Positions 50,652-60,288 of a stretch of 64,000 nucleotides of DNA are shown here, piece by piece. Both the position numbers and the translations under genes were made by a program. The first letter of the stretch is position 1. Every line of letters starts with the position of its first letter. Under the pieces are notes generated by a model. The model saw only the letters and a program-made list of their open reading frames with translations. It had not been told where the DNA came from and did not search any database. This stretch comes from an uncultured Chlamydiae bacterium (GTDB lineage: Bacteria > Chlamydiota > Chlamydiia > Chlamydiales > Parachlamydiaceae), in assembly GCA_963830365.1 (NCBI GenBank), contig CAWHMU010000021.1:1-64000 (forward strand), written 5' to 3'.

Positions 50652-52151
50652 ATGAGTACGCCAAAAGCGCCCCATATCATCTTGCTTGATGGCAAGAGTT
50701 TAACTCTTGCACGCGCCGAAGCCATCGCCAACGGCGCCCCGCTACGCCTCGCCTCCACCGTTAAACAACGCATCGATAATTCTCATAAACTTGTCAAGCA
50801 TTTGGCCAAGCAAGACACCCCTATCTATGGCCTAAATACAGGTTTTGGCTCGTTTGCCGACAAACACATCAGCCATCACCAACTGCAGAAATTGCAAATC
50901 AATATCCTACGCAGCCATGCCGCCGGCTATGGGCCGCCGCTCTCTATTGGCGAGACACGCCTGATGATGGCGCTACGCCTCAACGTCTTTTTGCAAGGAT
51001 ATGCCGGCGTGAGTTATCATCTATGCCAGGCCTTATGGGAGCTCATCGAAGCCGAGATCTATCCCATTATCCCCGAATATGGCTCCGTCGGCGCAAGCGG
51101 CGACCTCATCCCGCTGGCCCATTTAGCCCTACCCCTCATCGGCGAGGGAATGGTACGCTATAAAAACCAGACGATGGCGGCTGAAAAGGCTTTAAAAGCT
51201 GCAGGCCTACAGCCCATCAGCCTTGAAGAAAAAGAAGGCTTAAGCCTTATCAACGGCACCCAAGCCATGCTGGCCATGGGCAGTTTGGCACTTGCCAACG
51301 CCCGCCGACTTTACCTATACGCCGATAAGATCGCGGCTTTAAGCTATGAAGCCTTAAGCGCCTCCGCCGACAGTCTAAACCCGCAGATCCATGCACTTAG
51401 GCGGCAGACTGGCCAAATAGATTCCGCCACGCAGATATTACAGGAACTCCAGGGCTCTCCCTTGCTAAGGGCCACACATCATCCGCGTGTGCAAGACCCC
51501 TATTCCCTGCGCTGCGCCCCGCAAATTCATGGCGCCAGCCGCGATGCCATCGAGTATGCCGTCGCCATCATCGATAAGGAACTCAATGCCGTCACCGATA
51601 ATCCCTTGGTATTCTATGAAATGGAAAAAGTCCTTAGCGGCGGCAACTTCCATGGACAGCCCCTGGCCATGGCCTTTGATATCGCCTCGATCGCCATATC
51701 TGAGCTGGGAAATGTCTCTGACAGGCGCCTGGAGGTTTTGCTGAATCCCCAGATGAGCGGACTGCCCGGCTTCCTGGCCGCCCATGCTGGCATTGATTCC
51801 GGCTATATGGCCTTTCAATATCTCACCGCAGGCCTCGTCAATGAGACAAAAATCCTGGCCAACCCCGCCGTGACGGATTCCATTCCCGGCAATGGCGGCA
51901 TCGAGGATTTCGTCTCCATGGGCATGACCTCGGCGCGCAAATTAAAAACCATCGTCGCGCATGCAAAAACGATACTTGCCATCGAATTGATGGCAGCAGC
52001 CCAGGCTATTGACATGCAGCATATCAAACATTTAGGCAAAGGCACCGCCAAGACTTTTGCAACCATCCGCGCCCACGTGCCGCCACTCAAGCACGACCGC
52101 ATCTTGGCCGATGATATCCCAAAAGCCTTGGCTGCACTTGACACACTATAA
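50652..52151 (+). CDS. hutH: Histidine ammonia-lyase
   Basis: YGLNTGFG, GASGDL (MIO), QDPYSLRC and SGGNFHG motifs. Confidence 0.95.
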   Translation: MSTPKAPHIILLDGKSLTLARAEAIANGAPLRLASTVKQRIDNSHKLVKHLAKQDTPIYGLNTGFGSFADKHISHHQLQKLQINILRSHAAGYGPPLSIGETRLMMALRLNVFLQGYAGVSYHLCQALWELIEAEIYPIIPEYGSVGASGDLIPLAHLALPLIGEGMVRYKNQTMAAEKALKAAGLQPISLEEKEGLSLINGTQAMLAMGSLALANARRLYLYADKIAALSYEALSASADSLNPQIHALRRQTGQIDSATQILQELQGSPLLRATHHPRVQDPYSLRCAPQIHGASRDAIEYAVAIIDKELNAVTDNPLVFYEMEKVLSGGNFHGQPLAMAFDIASIAISELGNVSDRRLEVLLNPQMSGLPGFLAAHAGIDSGYMAFQYLTAGLVNETKILANPAVTDSIPGNGGIEDFVSMGMTSARKLKTIVAHAKTILAIELMAAAQAIDMQHIKHLGKGTAKTFATIRAHVPPLKHDRILADDIPKALAALDTL

Positions 52152-52164
52152 GGGAGCGTGATCC

Positions 52165-53853
52165 ATGCCTCTAAAGCCAAACTCGCAGCTTAAAGATTTC
52201 CTGGCCGCCTATGCCACCCACCCCCACTATAAAGCTCCTAGGGGCACCACGCTGCACGCCCTGTCCTGGCAAAGCGAAGCCCCCTTGCGCATGCTGCTCA
52301 ACAATCTAGACAGCGAAGTGGCCGAAGACCCCGCCAACCTCATCGTCTATGGCGGCACCGGCCAGGCCGCCCGCAATGTCGATGCCTTGCAAAAAATCAT
52401 CAACGCCCTGCTAAATTTGCAGGACGACCAGAGCCTACTCATCCAATCCGGCAAAGCCGTCGCCATCCTACCCACGCACACTGAAGCGCCGCGGGTGCTC
52501 ATCGCCAACAGCAACCTTGTCCCTCACTGGGCTACCTGGGAACATTTTAATACCTTAAAAGAGAAGGGGCTGATCATGTTCGGCCAGATGACGGCCGGCA
52601 GCTGGATCTATATCGGCACTCAAGGGATATTGCAAGGCACCTATGAGACGTTTGCCGCTCTGGCGCGCAAGCATTTTGGCGGCACACTGAAAGGTAAATT
52701 GATCGTTTCAGGCGGCTTGGGAGGCATGGGCGGCGCCCAGCCACTGGCCGTGACGCTCAACGGAGGCATCTTTTTGGGCGTCGATATCGACCCCTGGCGC
52801 ATCGATAAAAGGCTAAAGACAAAATACCTTGATAAAATGACCCATAGCTATGAAAAAGCCCTAAAATGGATCCGGGAAGCTCAAGCAAAAAACAAACCTC
52901 TATCCATCGGCCTGGTCGGCGATATAGGCACCATCTTGCAGCGGCTATTAGATGACAAGATCACGCCTGATGCCGCTACCGACCAAACTTCCGCCCACGA
53001 TCCCTTGAACGGCTACGTACCTGCCAACATGACGCTTGCCGGCGCCAAAGAGTTGCGCGCCGCCGATCCTGTGCTATACCGTCAAAAAAGCCTCACGAGC
53101 ATGGCAGTGCAGGTGCACGCTTTACTGGAGATGAAAAAAAGAGGCAGCGTCGTCTTTGAATATGGCAACAACCTGCGCGAGTTTGCCAGGATTGGCGGCG
53201 AAAGCCGCGCCTTTGAAATCCCCGGCTTTGTCGCCGAATACATCCGACCGTTGTTTTGCCAAGGCAAAGGGCCCTTCCGCTGGGTGGCCCTATCCGGCGA
53301 TCCCGAAGACATCTACCGCACCGACGAAGCGCTCATCACAGCCTTTCCAGAAAATGTCCACCTCCACCAGTGGCTGCGCAAAGCTAAAGAGAATGTCTCT
53401 TTCCAAGGACTGCCGGCACGCATCTGCTGGCTTGGTATCAATGAGCGCGCTACCGCCGGCCTGCTTTTCAACGATCTAGTCAGACAAGGCATCGTCAAAG
53501 CGCCAATCGTCATCGGGCGCGACCACCTTGACGCAGGCTCTGTGGCCTCGCCATATCGGGAGACCGAAGGCATGCTCGACGGCTCCGATGCCGTCTCCGA
53601 CTGGCCGCTACTCAACCTGCTAAGCAACTGTGCCGGCGGCGCCACCTGGGTATCGTTCCACCATGGCGGCGGCGTCGGCATCGGCTACTCCCAGCATGCC
53701 GGCATGGTCATCGTTGCCGACGGCACAGAGCGCGCCGCGCGCTGCCTGAAGCGCGTGCTCTTCAACGACCCAGCCACCGGCATCGTGCGGCATGCCGATG
53801 CCGGCTACGAACTGGCCGTGAAGATGGCTATGGAAAACGACTTGCTATTATGA
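52165..53853 (+). CDS. hutU: Urocanate hydratase
   Basis: [26 protein letters not shown] and HHGGGVG motifs. Confidence 0.97.
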   Translation: MPLKPNSQLKDFLAAYATHPHYKAPRGTTLHALSWQSEAPLRMLLNNLDSEVAEDPANLIVYGGTGQAARNVDALQKIINALLNLQDDQSLLIQSGKAVAILPTHTEAPRVLIANSNLVPHWATWEHFNTLKEKGLIMFGQMTAGSWIYIGTQGILQGTYETFAALARKHFGGTLKGKLIVSGGLGGMGGAQPLAVTLNGGIFLGVDIDPWRIDKRLKTKYLDKMTHSYEKALKWIREAQAKNKPLSIGLVGDIGTILQRLLDDKITPDAATDQTSAHDPLNGYVPANMTLAGAKELRAADPVLYRQKSLTSMAVQVHALLEMKKRGSVVFEYGNNLREFARIGGESRAFEIPGFVAEYIRPLFCQGKGPFRWVALSGDPEDIYRTDEALITAFPENVHLHQWLRKAKENVSFQGLPARICWLGINERATAGLLFNDLVRQGIVKAPIVIGRDHLDAGSVASPYRETEGMLDGSDAVSDWPLLNLLSNCAGGATWVSFHHGGGVGIGYSQHAGMVIVADGTERAARCLKRVLFNDPATGIVRHADAGYELAVKMAMENDLLL

Positions 53854-53891
53854 TGTAAGTGCTATACCTGAAGCTGATAAAAACACTTATT

Positions 53892-53981
53892 CTTTCTCTG
53901 TGTCTCTGCGCCTCTGTGGTAAATTTGTTTTATTAATTCTATAATCAAGCTCACCACAGAGGCACAGAGACACAGAGAAAG
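53892..53981. repeat. CACAGAG-type palindromic element between hutU and hutI
   Basis: 29-bp arms with one mismatch: CTTTCTCTGTGTCTCTGCGCCTCTGTGGT / ACCACAGAGGCACAGAGACACAGAGAAAG. Confidence 0.8.
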
Positions 53982-54040
53982 TAAAAATTTGTCTTTTATG
54001 TTGCTCATTTTTGACAAACCATGGTTTATACGGGTTGCCA

Positions 54041-55279
54041 ATGGGATTTAACACCGACTCTCACGAATATGTCATCGGTCCATTTGCACAGGTTGTGACC
54101 ATGCACGGGCTGCCCGCAAGCGGTCCCATTGATGACAGCCTGCTGACCATCAAAGCCGATGCCGCCATCCATGTGCGGGGCGATCTCATCGTCGATATCC
54201 TCCCCTTCAATGCGCCTGAAATCCGCCATCTCAAACATCTGGAGATGGCAACGCCATGCGTGGCTATGCCGGGCTTTATCGATACGCATACCCACCTGTG
54301 CTTTGCCGGCTCGCGTGCCGCAGACTATACCCGGCGGCTAAGCGGCATCAGCTACCGACAAATAGCCATGCAGGGCGGAGGCATTCTATCCACCGTTATC
54401 CAGACCCAAGCCGCCAGCCAGCCAGCCCTCGTCGATGGACTGATAAAGCGTTTAAAAATAGCCTGCCAGCAAGGCGTCACTACCTGTGAGGTCAAAAGTG
54501 GCTACGGCTTAAATACCGGTGATGAAATCAAAATGCTGCAGGCCATCAACCAAGCCAGCCAACAGCAAGCCGTTTCCCTCATTCCCACTTGCCTCGCCGC
54601 CCATGCCCTGCCAAAGGAATTTCCTTCCGCCACATCCTATCTCGACCATCTCGGCCATGAGTTGCTGCCGAAACTCATCCAGCAAAAGCTTTGCCGGCGC
54701 ATCGACATCTTCGTCGACAGCTGCGCCTTCACGATAGCTGAAGCACGCCCTTTCCTGGCACGCGCCAAGCAAATGGACTTTGCCATTATCGTCCATGCCG
54801 ACCAGTTCGCGCGCGGCGGCGCCAAGCTGGCAGCCGACATCGGCGCCCTTTCCGCCGACCACCTGGAAGTTTCCACGCCTGCCGATGCCGCCCTCATGAA
54901 AGCTTCAGGCGTCATCCCCATCGTGCTACCAGCCTCAAGCCTCGGCCTCGGCCTGCCCTTTGCACCGGCACGCATGCTGCTTGATGCCGGACTGCCGTTA
55001 GTCATCGCCTCGGATTGGAATCCGGGCTCAGCCCCTTCAGGCCGGCTGCTCATGGCTGCGGCCTTTTTGGGAGCTGCCCAGCACCTCACCATGGCAGAGA
55101 CTTTTGCCGCCTTGACAGTGAGGGCAGCCAAAGCCCTTGAACTTAACGATCGCGGTATGCTACAACCCGGCAAGCGCGCCGACATCATCGTTTTCCCTGT
55201 CAGCGACATGCGTGAAATCTTATACCAGCAAGGTGCACTGTTGCCATGCACTACCCTTATCGGAGGAAAACCTCAATGA
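54041..55279 (+). CDS. hutI: Imidazolonepropionase
   Basis: PGFIDTHTH, KSGYG, HADQF, SADHL and SDWNPG motifs. Confidence 0.95.
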   Translation: MGFNTDSHEYVIGPFAQVVTMHGLPASGPIDDSLLTIKADAAIHVRGDLIVDILPFNAPEIRHLKHLEMATPCVAMPGFIDTHTHLCFAGSRAADYTRRLSGISYRQIAMQGGGILSTVIQTQAASQPALVDGLIKRLKIACQQGVTTCEVKSGYGLNTGDEIKMLQAINQASQQQAVSLIPTCLAAHALPKEFPSATSYLDHLGHELLPKLIQQKLCRRIDIFVDSCAFTIAEARPFLARAKQMDFAIIVHADQFARGGAKLAADIGALSADHLEVSTPADAALMKASGVIPIVLPASSLGLGLPFAPARMLLDAGLPLVIASDWNPGSAPSGRLLMAAAFLGAAQHLTMAETFAALTVRAAKALELNDRGMLQPGKRADIIVFPVSDMREILYQQGALLPCTTLIGGKPQ

Positions 55280-56268
55280 CTATGCACTTAGCACAGGCTA
55301 CACTCAAAAACTATCAGGCCACACCAACCAGTCTCTGGCAAGGACGCAGCGATGGACAGGGCGCCGAACGCTACCACGAATGCATCAAATGTCTTGATCT
55401 AAGCCAGGAAGCTCCACCCCTTGCTATCAAAACGACTTTCGCCTTGCTGGGCTTTGCCTGCGATGAAGGTGTGAGGCGCAATCAGGGCCGCGTCGGCGCA
55501 GCCTATGGTCCGGCAGCATTGCGCGCATCTTTGGCACCTTTTCCAATGGCCGGCGATATCGTGCTATATGATGCCGGCGATATCGTCTGTCATAATGGAG
55601 ATCTTGAAGGCGCTCAAAAAGCTTTGGGTGAAGTGGTGGCTGGCCTGCTACATAAAAAAATCTGCCCGATCGTATTGGGCGGCGGACATGAATTGGCTTG
55701 GGGTACCTATCTGGGACAGGCAGCGGCCTGCGAGCCTGTCGATTGTGCTTTTGTCAACTGCGACGCCCATCTGGACCTGCGCCCCCAGCTGGCGGGAGAT
55801 AGGGGCAGTTCCGGCACATCCTTTGCGCAAATAGCCTCCCACCGTCTGGCCAACAATATGAAATTCGATTACACCTGTCTGGGCTTGCAAGCCTGCGGCA
55901 ATACGCCAAGCCTTATAGCCAAAGCCAAAGACAACCATGCCCACCTGCTCTTTGCCGACGAATTCCATTTGGGAGGCACCGAAGCCAGCGTAGAAGTCAT
56001 TGATGAGATCATCATCCGCAGCGATATCATTTCGCTGTCGCTATGCCTGGATGTTTTTGCCGCCCCCTTCGCCCCAGGCGTCAGCGCTCCACAGCCCCTA
56101 GGACTGCTCCCCTGGCATCTGATTCCGGCCTTGCGCCGCCTGGCCATTTCCAAAAAGGTGGTGACTTTCGGTATCGCCGAGCTTTGTCCGCCGCATGACG
56201 ACAGGCATGTCACGGCCAGGCTTGCCGCCAGCCTCATCGCGGACTTTCTCGCCCATGTCAACAGCTAG
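55276..56268 (+). CDS. hutG: Formimidoylglutamase
   Basis: DEGVRRNQGR.GA, GGGHE, DAHLDLR and CLDV...APGVSAP motifs. Confidence 0.93.
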   Translation: MTMHLAQATLKNYQATPTSLWQGRSDGQGAERYHECIKCLDLSQEAPPLAIKTTFALLGFACDEGVRRNQGRVGAAYGPAALRASLAPFPMAGDIVLYDAGDIVCHNGDLEGAQKALGEVVAGLLHKKICPIVLGGGHELAWGTYLGQAAACEPVDCAFVNCDAHLDLRPQLAGDRGSSGTSFAQIASHRLANNMKFDYTCLGLQACGNTPSLIAKAKDNHAHLLFADEFHLGGTEASVEVIDEIIIRSDIISLSLCLDVFAAPFAPGVSAPQPLGLLPWHLIPALRRLAISKKVVTFGIAELCPPHDDRHVTARLAASLIADFLAHVNS

Positions 56269-56345
56269 TTCTTGATTACTGTTATGTTGATAATGTCCGG
56301 CCGCTTAGCTTGATGTACATCTGTCCATCCGGCCGCTTGCGATCT

Positions 56346-56530
56346 TTGTCGTTACCTACAACTATCAATCGAATATTTTAAGTCATTTTTTTTCCCATTA
56401 CCATCTTCGTAGGGAAAATATTCGATCAACAAAGTAAAAAGAGAGGAACTCCTACGGAGTTAAACAAGAATATGCGTTTTCCCGTAGAAATGACTTAAAA
56501 TATTCGCTTGATAGCTGTGGGTAACGACAA
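56346..56530. repeat. MITE-like inverted repeat element
   Basis: About 43-bp arms TTGTCGTTACC...AATATTTTAAGTCATTT / AAATGACTTAAAATATT...GGTAACGACAA. Confidence 0.7.
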
Positions 56531-56576
56531 GCTTGCGATGCTGCCTATCCTGTAATGTTTCATCTCTTGCAGCCTG

Positions 56577-58013
56577 TTATGGCGTGGGCGTGATTGTCAC
56601 TTTGAAGATATAGGATGAGGCTGTCGAATCCGTGATCACATTGGTATTCGGCAGCGTGCTTTGGATGCCCCCTACAATATAGCCGATGACGGTAGGATTT
56701 GCCCCCAAAGCATCCAGGTCGACCACGCCATTGCTAAAGACAGGCATGTCCTCGGCCATGAAGAAATGCGAACCGGCGCCGAACAAGAGCTGGTTGCCGG
56801 GGTTGGACTGGGTCGAAAGGATCACCGGGTAGCTGCTATTCATCAAATATTGCGTGTAGTTTCCATGATTATCCCGTTTGATAGTCGTCACTTCGTTAAT
56901 AAAGGGTATTTCCTCATCCACCTGAAAGGCGCCGTTCTGGATGAATCCGTAGCTGATGCCGCCAAAAAGCACGCTGTACATATCCTTACTTTTTTTGGAG
57001 AACAATTCCAGATTGGACGCTTGATAATGGTTCATGGCCTGCTTAAAGGCCTTATGAGGCTTTTCCATATGCGGCTTGCCATGGCGGTCGATCTCCACCG
57101 GCACCGTCCACACCCCTGTATCCAGGGTAAACACGCCTGCAAAAGCAATCAAGCCGGGCTGATAGCTGCCGCCTTGATGAAAGATAGCAGGCACGATATT
57201 CAAATCGCGCCGGCGATAATAGTTTTTTTTCTCATCGGGCTTGGCGGGAAGGAATTTGACATCCAGATTGACGCCGTCATCCTTCAGGCGGAAACGGCGC
57301 ACCTGTTCGCTGTACATCCCATTGGATTCGTCGAAATAAAAGCCCGTAAAATTCTGACCGAACACCAGCAATATAATGTCGTCGTCGATTTGAAACATAT
57401 CGCCGCCGGTGATTTGGAAAACGGGATCGGAAATCTGACGGATATATTGCGCGGCCGTCTGTCCGGGCGAGGGGTTGATCACCCAGCTCATCAGACCGGG
57501 GATGTTGATGGCTGTCAGGGTGTCTTTGGTGGAAAACTGACCGGTAGCGGTGATGACGCCATAGCCGCCGGTGATGTATAATGTGTCGCCGTTCCATTCG
57601 GATTGTGGGGAAGTGACCGACAGCGTATCGATCTGTTCCTGAGTTAAACCTGAAGAAGGATCGTATAAGGAACGTGAATAGGTCGTGCCGGTAGCAGGAT
57701 TCACCACGTAGATGTCAGTATTTTGCGCCGTGGGGGGGAAGTTATCGTCCGTATTGCTGAAGTCGTGCAAACCGTTTGTGCGCCCCGCTAAAAAGAGCCA
57801 TTGCCCATTATATGACGCCCAGGCATATGATTGGAGGCCATTCGGCAGGCTAAAATCCGCCTGTACGATCTGCAGTTGGAAAGTATCGAATGCATTTTGC
57901 AGAACAGGGCTCAACTCCTGGGTTTGATTCGGCGATGGGCTTGCAGCAGAAACTAAAGTTACGGAGCTTACCAGGTAGGCCAAGCACAAACGTTTAAAGG
58001 CTGTCATCAACAT
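56577..58013 (-). CDS. Exported Kelch-like beta-propeller protein
   Basis: Signal peptide; LYITGGYG, LFGG and YIVGG Kelch-like motifs. Confidence 0.7.
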   Translation of the reverse strand: MLMTAFKRLCLAYLVSSVTLVSAASPSPNQTQELSPVLQNAFDTFQLQIVQADFSLPNGLQSYAWASYNGQWLFLAGRTNGLHDFSNTDDNFPPTAQNTDIYVVNPATGTTYSRSLYDPSSGLTQEQIDTLSVTSPQSEWNGDTLYITGGYGVITATGQFSTKDTLTAINIPGLMSWVINPSPGQTAAQYIRQISDPVFQITGGDMFQIDDDIILLVFGQNFTGFYFDESNGMYSEQVRRFRLKDDGVNLDVKFLPAKPDEKKNYYRRRDLNIVPAIFHQGGSYQPGLIAFAGVFTLDTGVWTVPVEIDRHGKPHMEKPHKAFKQAMNHYQASNLELFSKKSKDMYSVLFGGISYGFIQNGAFQVDEEIPFINEVTTIKRDNHGNYTQYLMNSSYPVILSTQSNPGNQLLFGAGSHFFMAEDMPVFSNGVVDLDALGANPTVIGYIVGGIQSTLPNTNVITDSTASSYIFKVTITPTP

Positions 58014-58016
58014 ATA

Positions 58017-59075
58017 CTAATTTCCATCTGTTAAATTTTTGGGCATTAAAAAATCTGCGATAAAGACTTGGCTGGTCTTATCGGAACCCCGCTTGGAAGT
58101 CCATAATAGCTTATGGCCATCATTGCTAAACACGGGCAGGCCGTCAAAAGTCGGACTATGCGTCAAACGATATGATGCCCCTGTCTGCACATTGAGCAGA
58201 TAGATTTCATAATGGGCATGTCCATGCAATGAAGTGGTATAGGCGATGACTTTGCCTTCAGGATGCCAGTATGGTGCCCAGTTGACGGCAGCATTATGTG
58301 TCAATTGCCTTAAGTTTGTGCCGTCGGCATTGATAACATAGATCTGCAGATAATCGGGTTTGTCGTAATCGGCCCTGAAGACAATCTGGCTGTTGTCGGG
58401 GGAAAAGAACGACCCTCCATTATAGCCTTGTGTTGTATCTGTGACAGGCTGGACAGCAGAGCCGTCAGCTTGCATGGTATAGATGTTCATGCTGCCACTT
58501 TTGTTGCTGGCAAACACAATGCGGGAGCCGTCGGAGGCATAGGCGCATTCGGCATGGTAAGCAGGACCTGTCGTCAAGGGCTGCAGATGGGAGCCATCCG
58601 GATCGGCTTCATAAATATTCATATAAGGAGTGAATTGCCAGGCGTAGCGCCCTCCCTGGCGTTGATATCCCGGCACATCTATGTGGGTATCGCCAAGCTG
58701 TGGATCGTCATGGCTGGAGGCGAAGATGATCTTTTTGCCATCGGGTCTGAAGAAGGCACACGTACAGGCCCCGCGTCCTGTGCTTACCATCCTTGGCACT
58801 CCCTCATCGAGATTTAACGTATAAATCTGATAGTGTTCTTGTCCGGCGGCAACCGCCTGGAAGATAATGGTCTTGCCATCCGGCGAAAAATAAGCTTCTC
58901 CGGCTTTCTCAAAACCCATCGCAGGGAAAGTCACCTGCCGTATGTTTTTTAAGGATATGGCTTCAAGCATAGTGTCGAAGATTTCTTCAGCATAAACTTC
59001 TCCTGCATAGCAGAAAGACTGAAACCCGGATACGCAGAGGCAGAAAAATAGGACATGAAATCTAATTCTCATCAT
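58017..59075 (-). CDS. TolB-like PD40 beta-propeller protein
   Basis: Repeated FSPDG / IVFAS / IY.M.ADG units; signal peptide. Confidence 0.85.
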   Translation of the reverse strand: MMRIRFHVLFFCLCVSGFQSFCYAGEVYAEEIFDTMLEAISLKNIRQVTFPAMGFEKAGEAYFSPDGKTIIFQAVAAGQEHYQIYTLNLDEGVPRMVSTGRGACTCAFFRPDGKKIIFASSHDDPQLGDTHIDVPGYQRQGGRYAWQFTPYMNIYEADPDGSHLQPLTTGPAYHAECAYASDGSRIVFASNKSGSMNIYTMQADGSAVQPVTDTTQGYNGGSFFSPDNSQIVFRADYDKPDYLQIYVINADGTNLRQLTHNAAVNWAPYWHPEGKVIAYTTSLHGHAHYEIYLLNVQTGASYRLTHSPTFDGLPVFSNDGHKLLWTSKRGSDKTSQVFIADFLMPKNLTDGN

Positions 59076-59078
59076 ATT

Positions 59079-59465
59079 TTAGCCTTCAACAGATTGTTCA
59101 TTAGAAGCAAGTGGAGGTAGGAATAAGCCGAGTGTACCCAAGGCCAAGATTTCAATCATGGCAATGCGCACCAAGTTATACTGTTGATGGAATGTCACAG
59201 GCATCCCAGCTCCTTGTGTCAGCCAGGCGGCTGTTTGCATACCTGCAGCAAGGGAAATGAGCTGCACAGGGATTTGCAATATCGATTCCTGGGTTTCTGT
59301 CGCCTTGGTTAAAATCTGGGCAATCACACTGCCTGCCACCGATTGTGTCAGTGATGCCAAGGCGATGGCTTTCACATCTAAATTATAGTTTGCGAAGAAC
59401 CTGGCATTGGCCGCATTAATCAGAAATTTCGAGAACTCTAACGTCGTATTAAACGCAATACTCAT
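59079..59465 (-). CDS. Hypothetical membrane protein
   Basis: 128-aa ORF in operon-like spacing. Confidence 0.55.
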   Translation of the reverse strand: MSIAFNTTLEFSKFLINAANARFFANYNLDVKAIALASLTQSVAGSVIAQILTKATETQESILQIPVQLISLAAGMQTAAWLTQGAGMPVTFHQQYNLVRIAMIEILALGTLGLFLPPLASNEQSVEG

Positions 59466-59533
59466 GGCTACCTTCTATGGCTACCTTCTTACTAGAAACA
59501 TGACATGCAGCACCTTCTTCCGAGGCAGGGGCG

Positions 59534-60262
59534 CTATTTTTCTCCTCCCTCTTTCACTACCTGCACATAGACGTCAGCCTCCCCCCAAGTGAAGGTGGCG
59601 GTGAAATACTTCATCACCTCAAAGCATGGCTTGTCCGTGTAGTCTGTCAGAGGATAACTGACAGTAATAATCTTAGTCCCCACCGGCAGGCGCGAAAACT
59701 TTGCAGCCAGCGCCTTGATGGCCTTGTCTTCCAGGCATGTCCCATACAGATAACACACCGTAGCTCCTGTGAAGTTGCTATCGCAAATATCTGCCAAACG
59801 GAATTCGATGCCTTTGACGCCAAGTTTGTTTTTTATGCGGTTGGCGCGTTCGACAAATTCGGGCACATATTCGATGCCTACGACCTTGCAGCCGATGATG
59901 CTATGCAGCCAAAAACACCCCCGTCCCCGACCTGCGCCAAGCTCATAGACGCAATCTTTAGGGCCGATGCCGCTTGCGCGCGCAATCAGCTCCAGCGTCG
60001 TCAGGGGCGTTTCACCATAGGCGTAGATATCCTTATCACCCTTATGCATCAAAAAGCGCTTGCTGATGGAATAGGGGTTGTGAAAGAGATACATCAGCCG
60101 CAAGGCAATATCTGCCTTGAGAAACGACAGGTTGCCATAGTACCGGCAGGCTACTTTAATAAATTCTATGATATTGCGCAAACACACCACAAAATTTATC
60201 CAGAGAAGGACTAAAAACTCTCTGATACTCATGTGTTCGCTTTTCTCGATGGAATGGTGCAT
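59534..60262 (-). CDS. Class I SAM-dependent methyltransferase
   Basis: YGETP, YELGAGRG and VGIE motifs. Confidence 0.8.
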   Translation of the reverse strand: MHHSIEKSEHMSIREFLVLLWINFVVCLRNIIEFIKVACRYYGNLSFLKADIALRLMYLFHNPYSISKRFLMHKGDKDIYAYGETPLTTLELIARASGIGPKDCVYELGAGRGRGCFWLHSIIGCKVVGIEYVPEFVERANRIKNKLGVKGIEFRLADICDSNFTGATVCYLYGTCLEDKAIKALAAKFSRLPVGTKIITVSYPLTDYTDKPCFEVMKYFTATFTWGEADVYVQVVKEGGEK

Positions 60263-60288
60263 TGAGTCTCTCCAAATAGATTGTCGTT

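Noticed and set aside
56661..57581. 306-aa plus-strand ORF
   Set aside because: Antisense shadow of the Kelch-like gene
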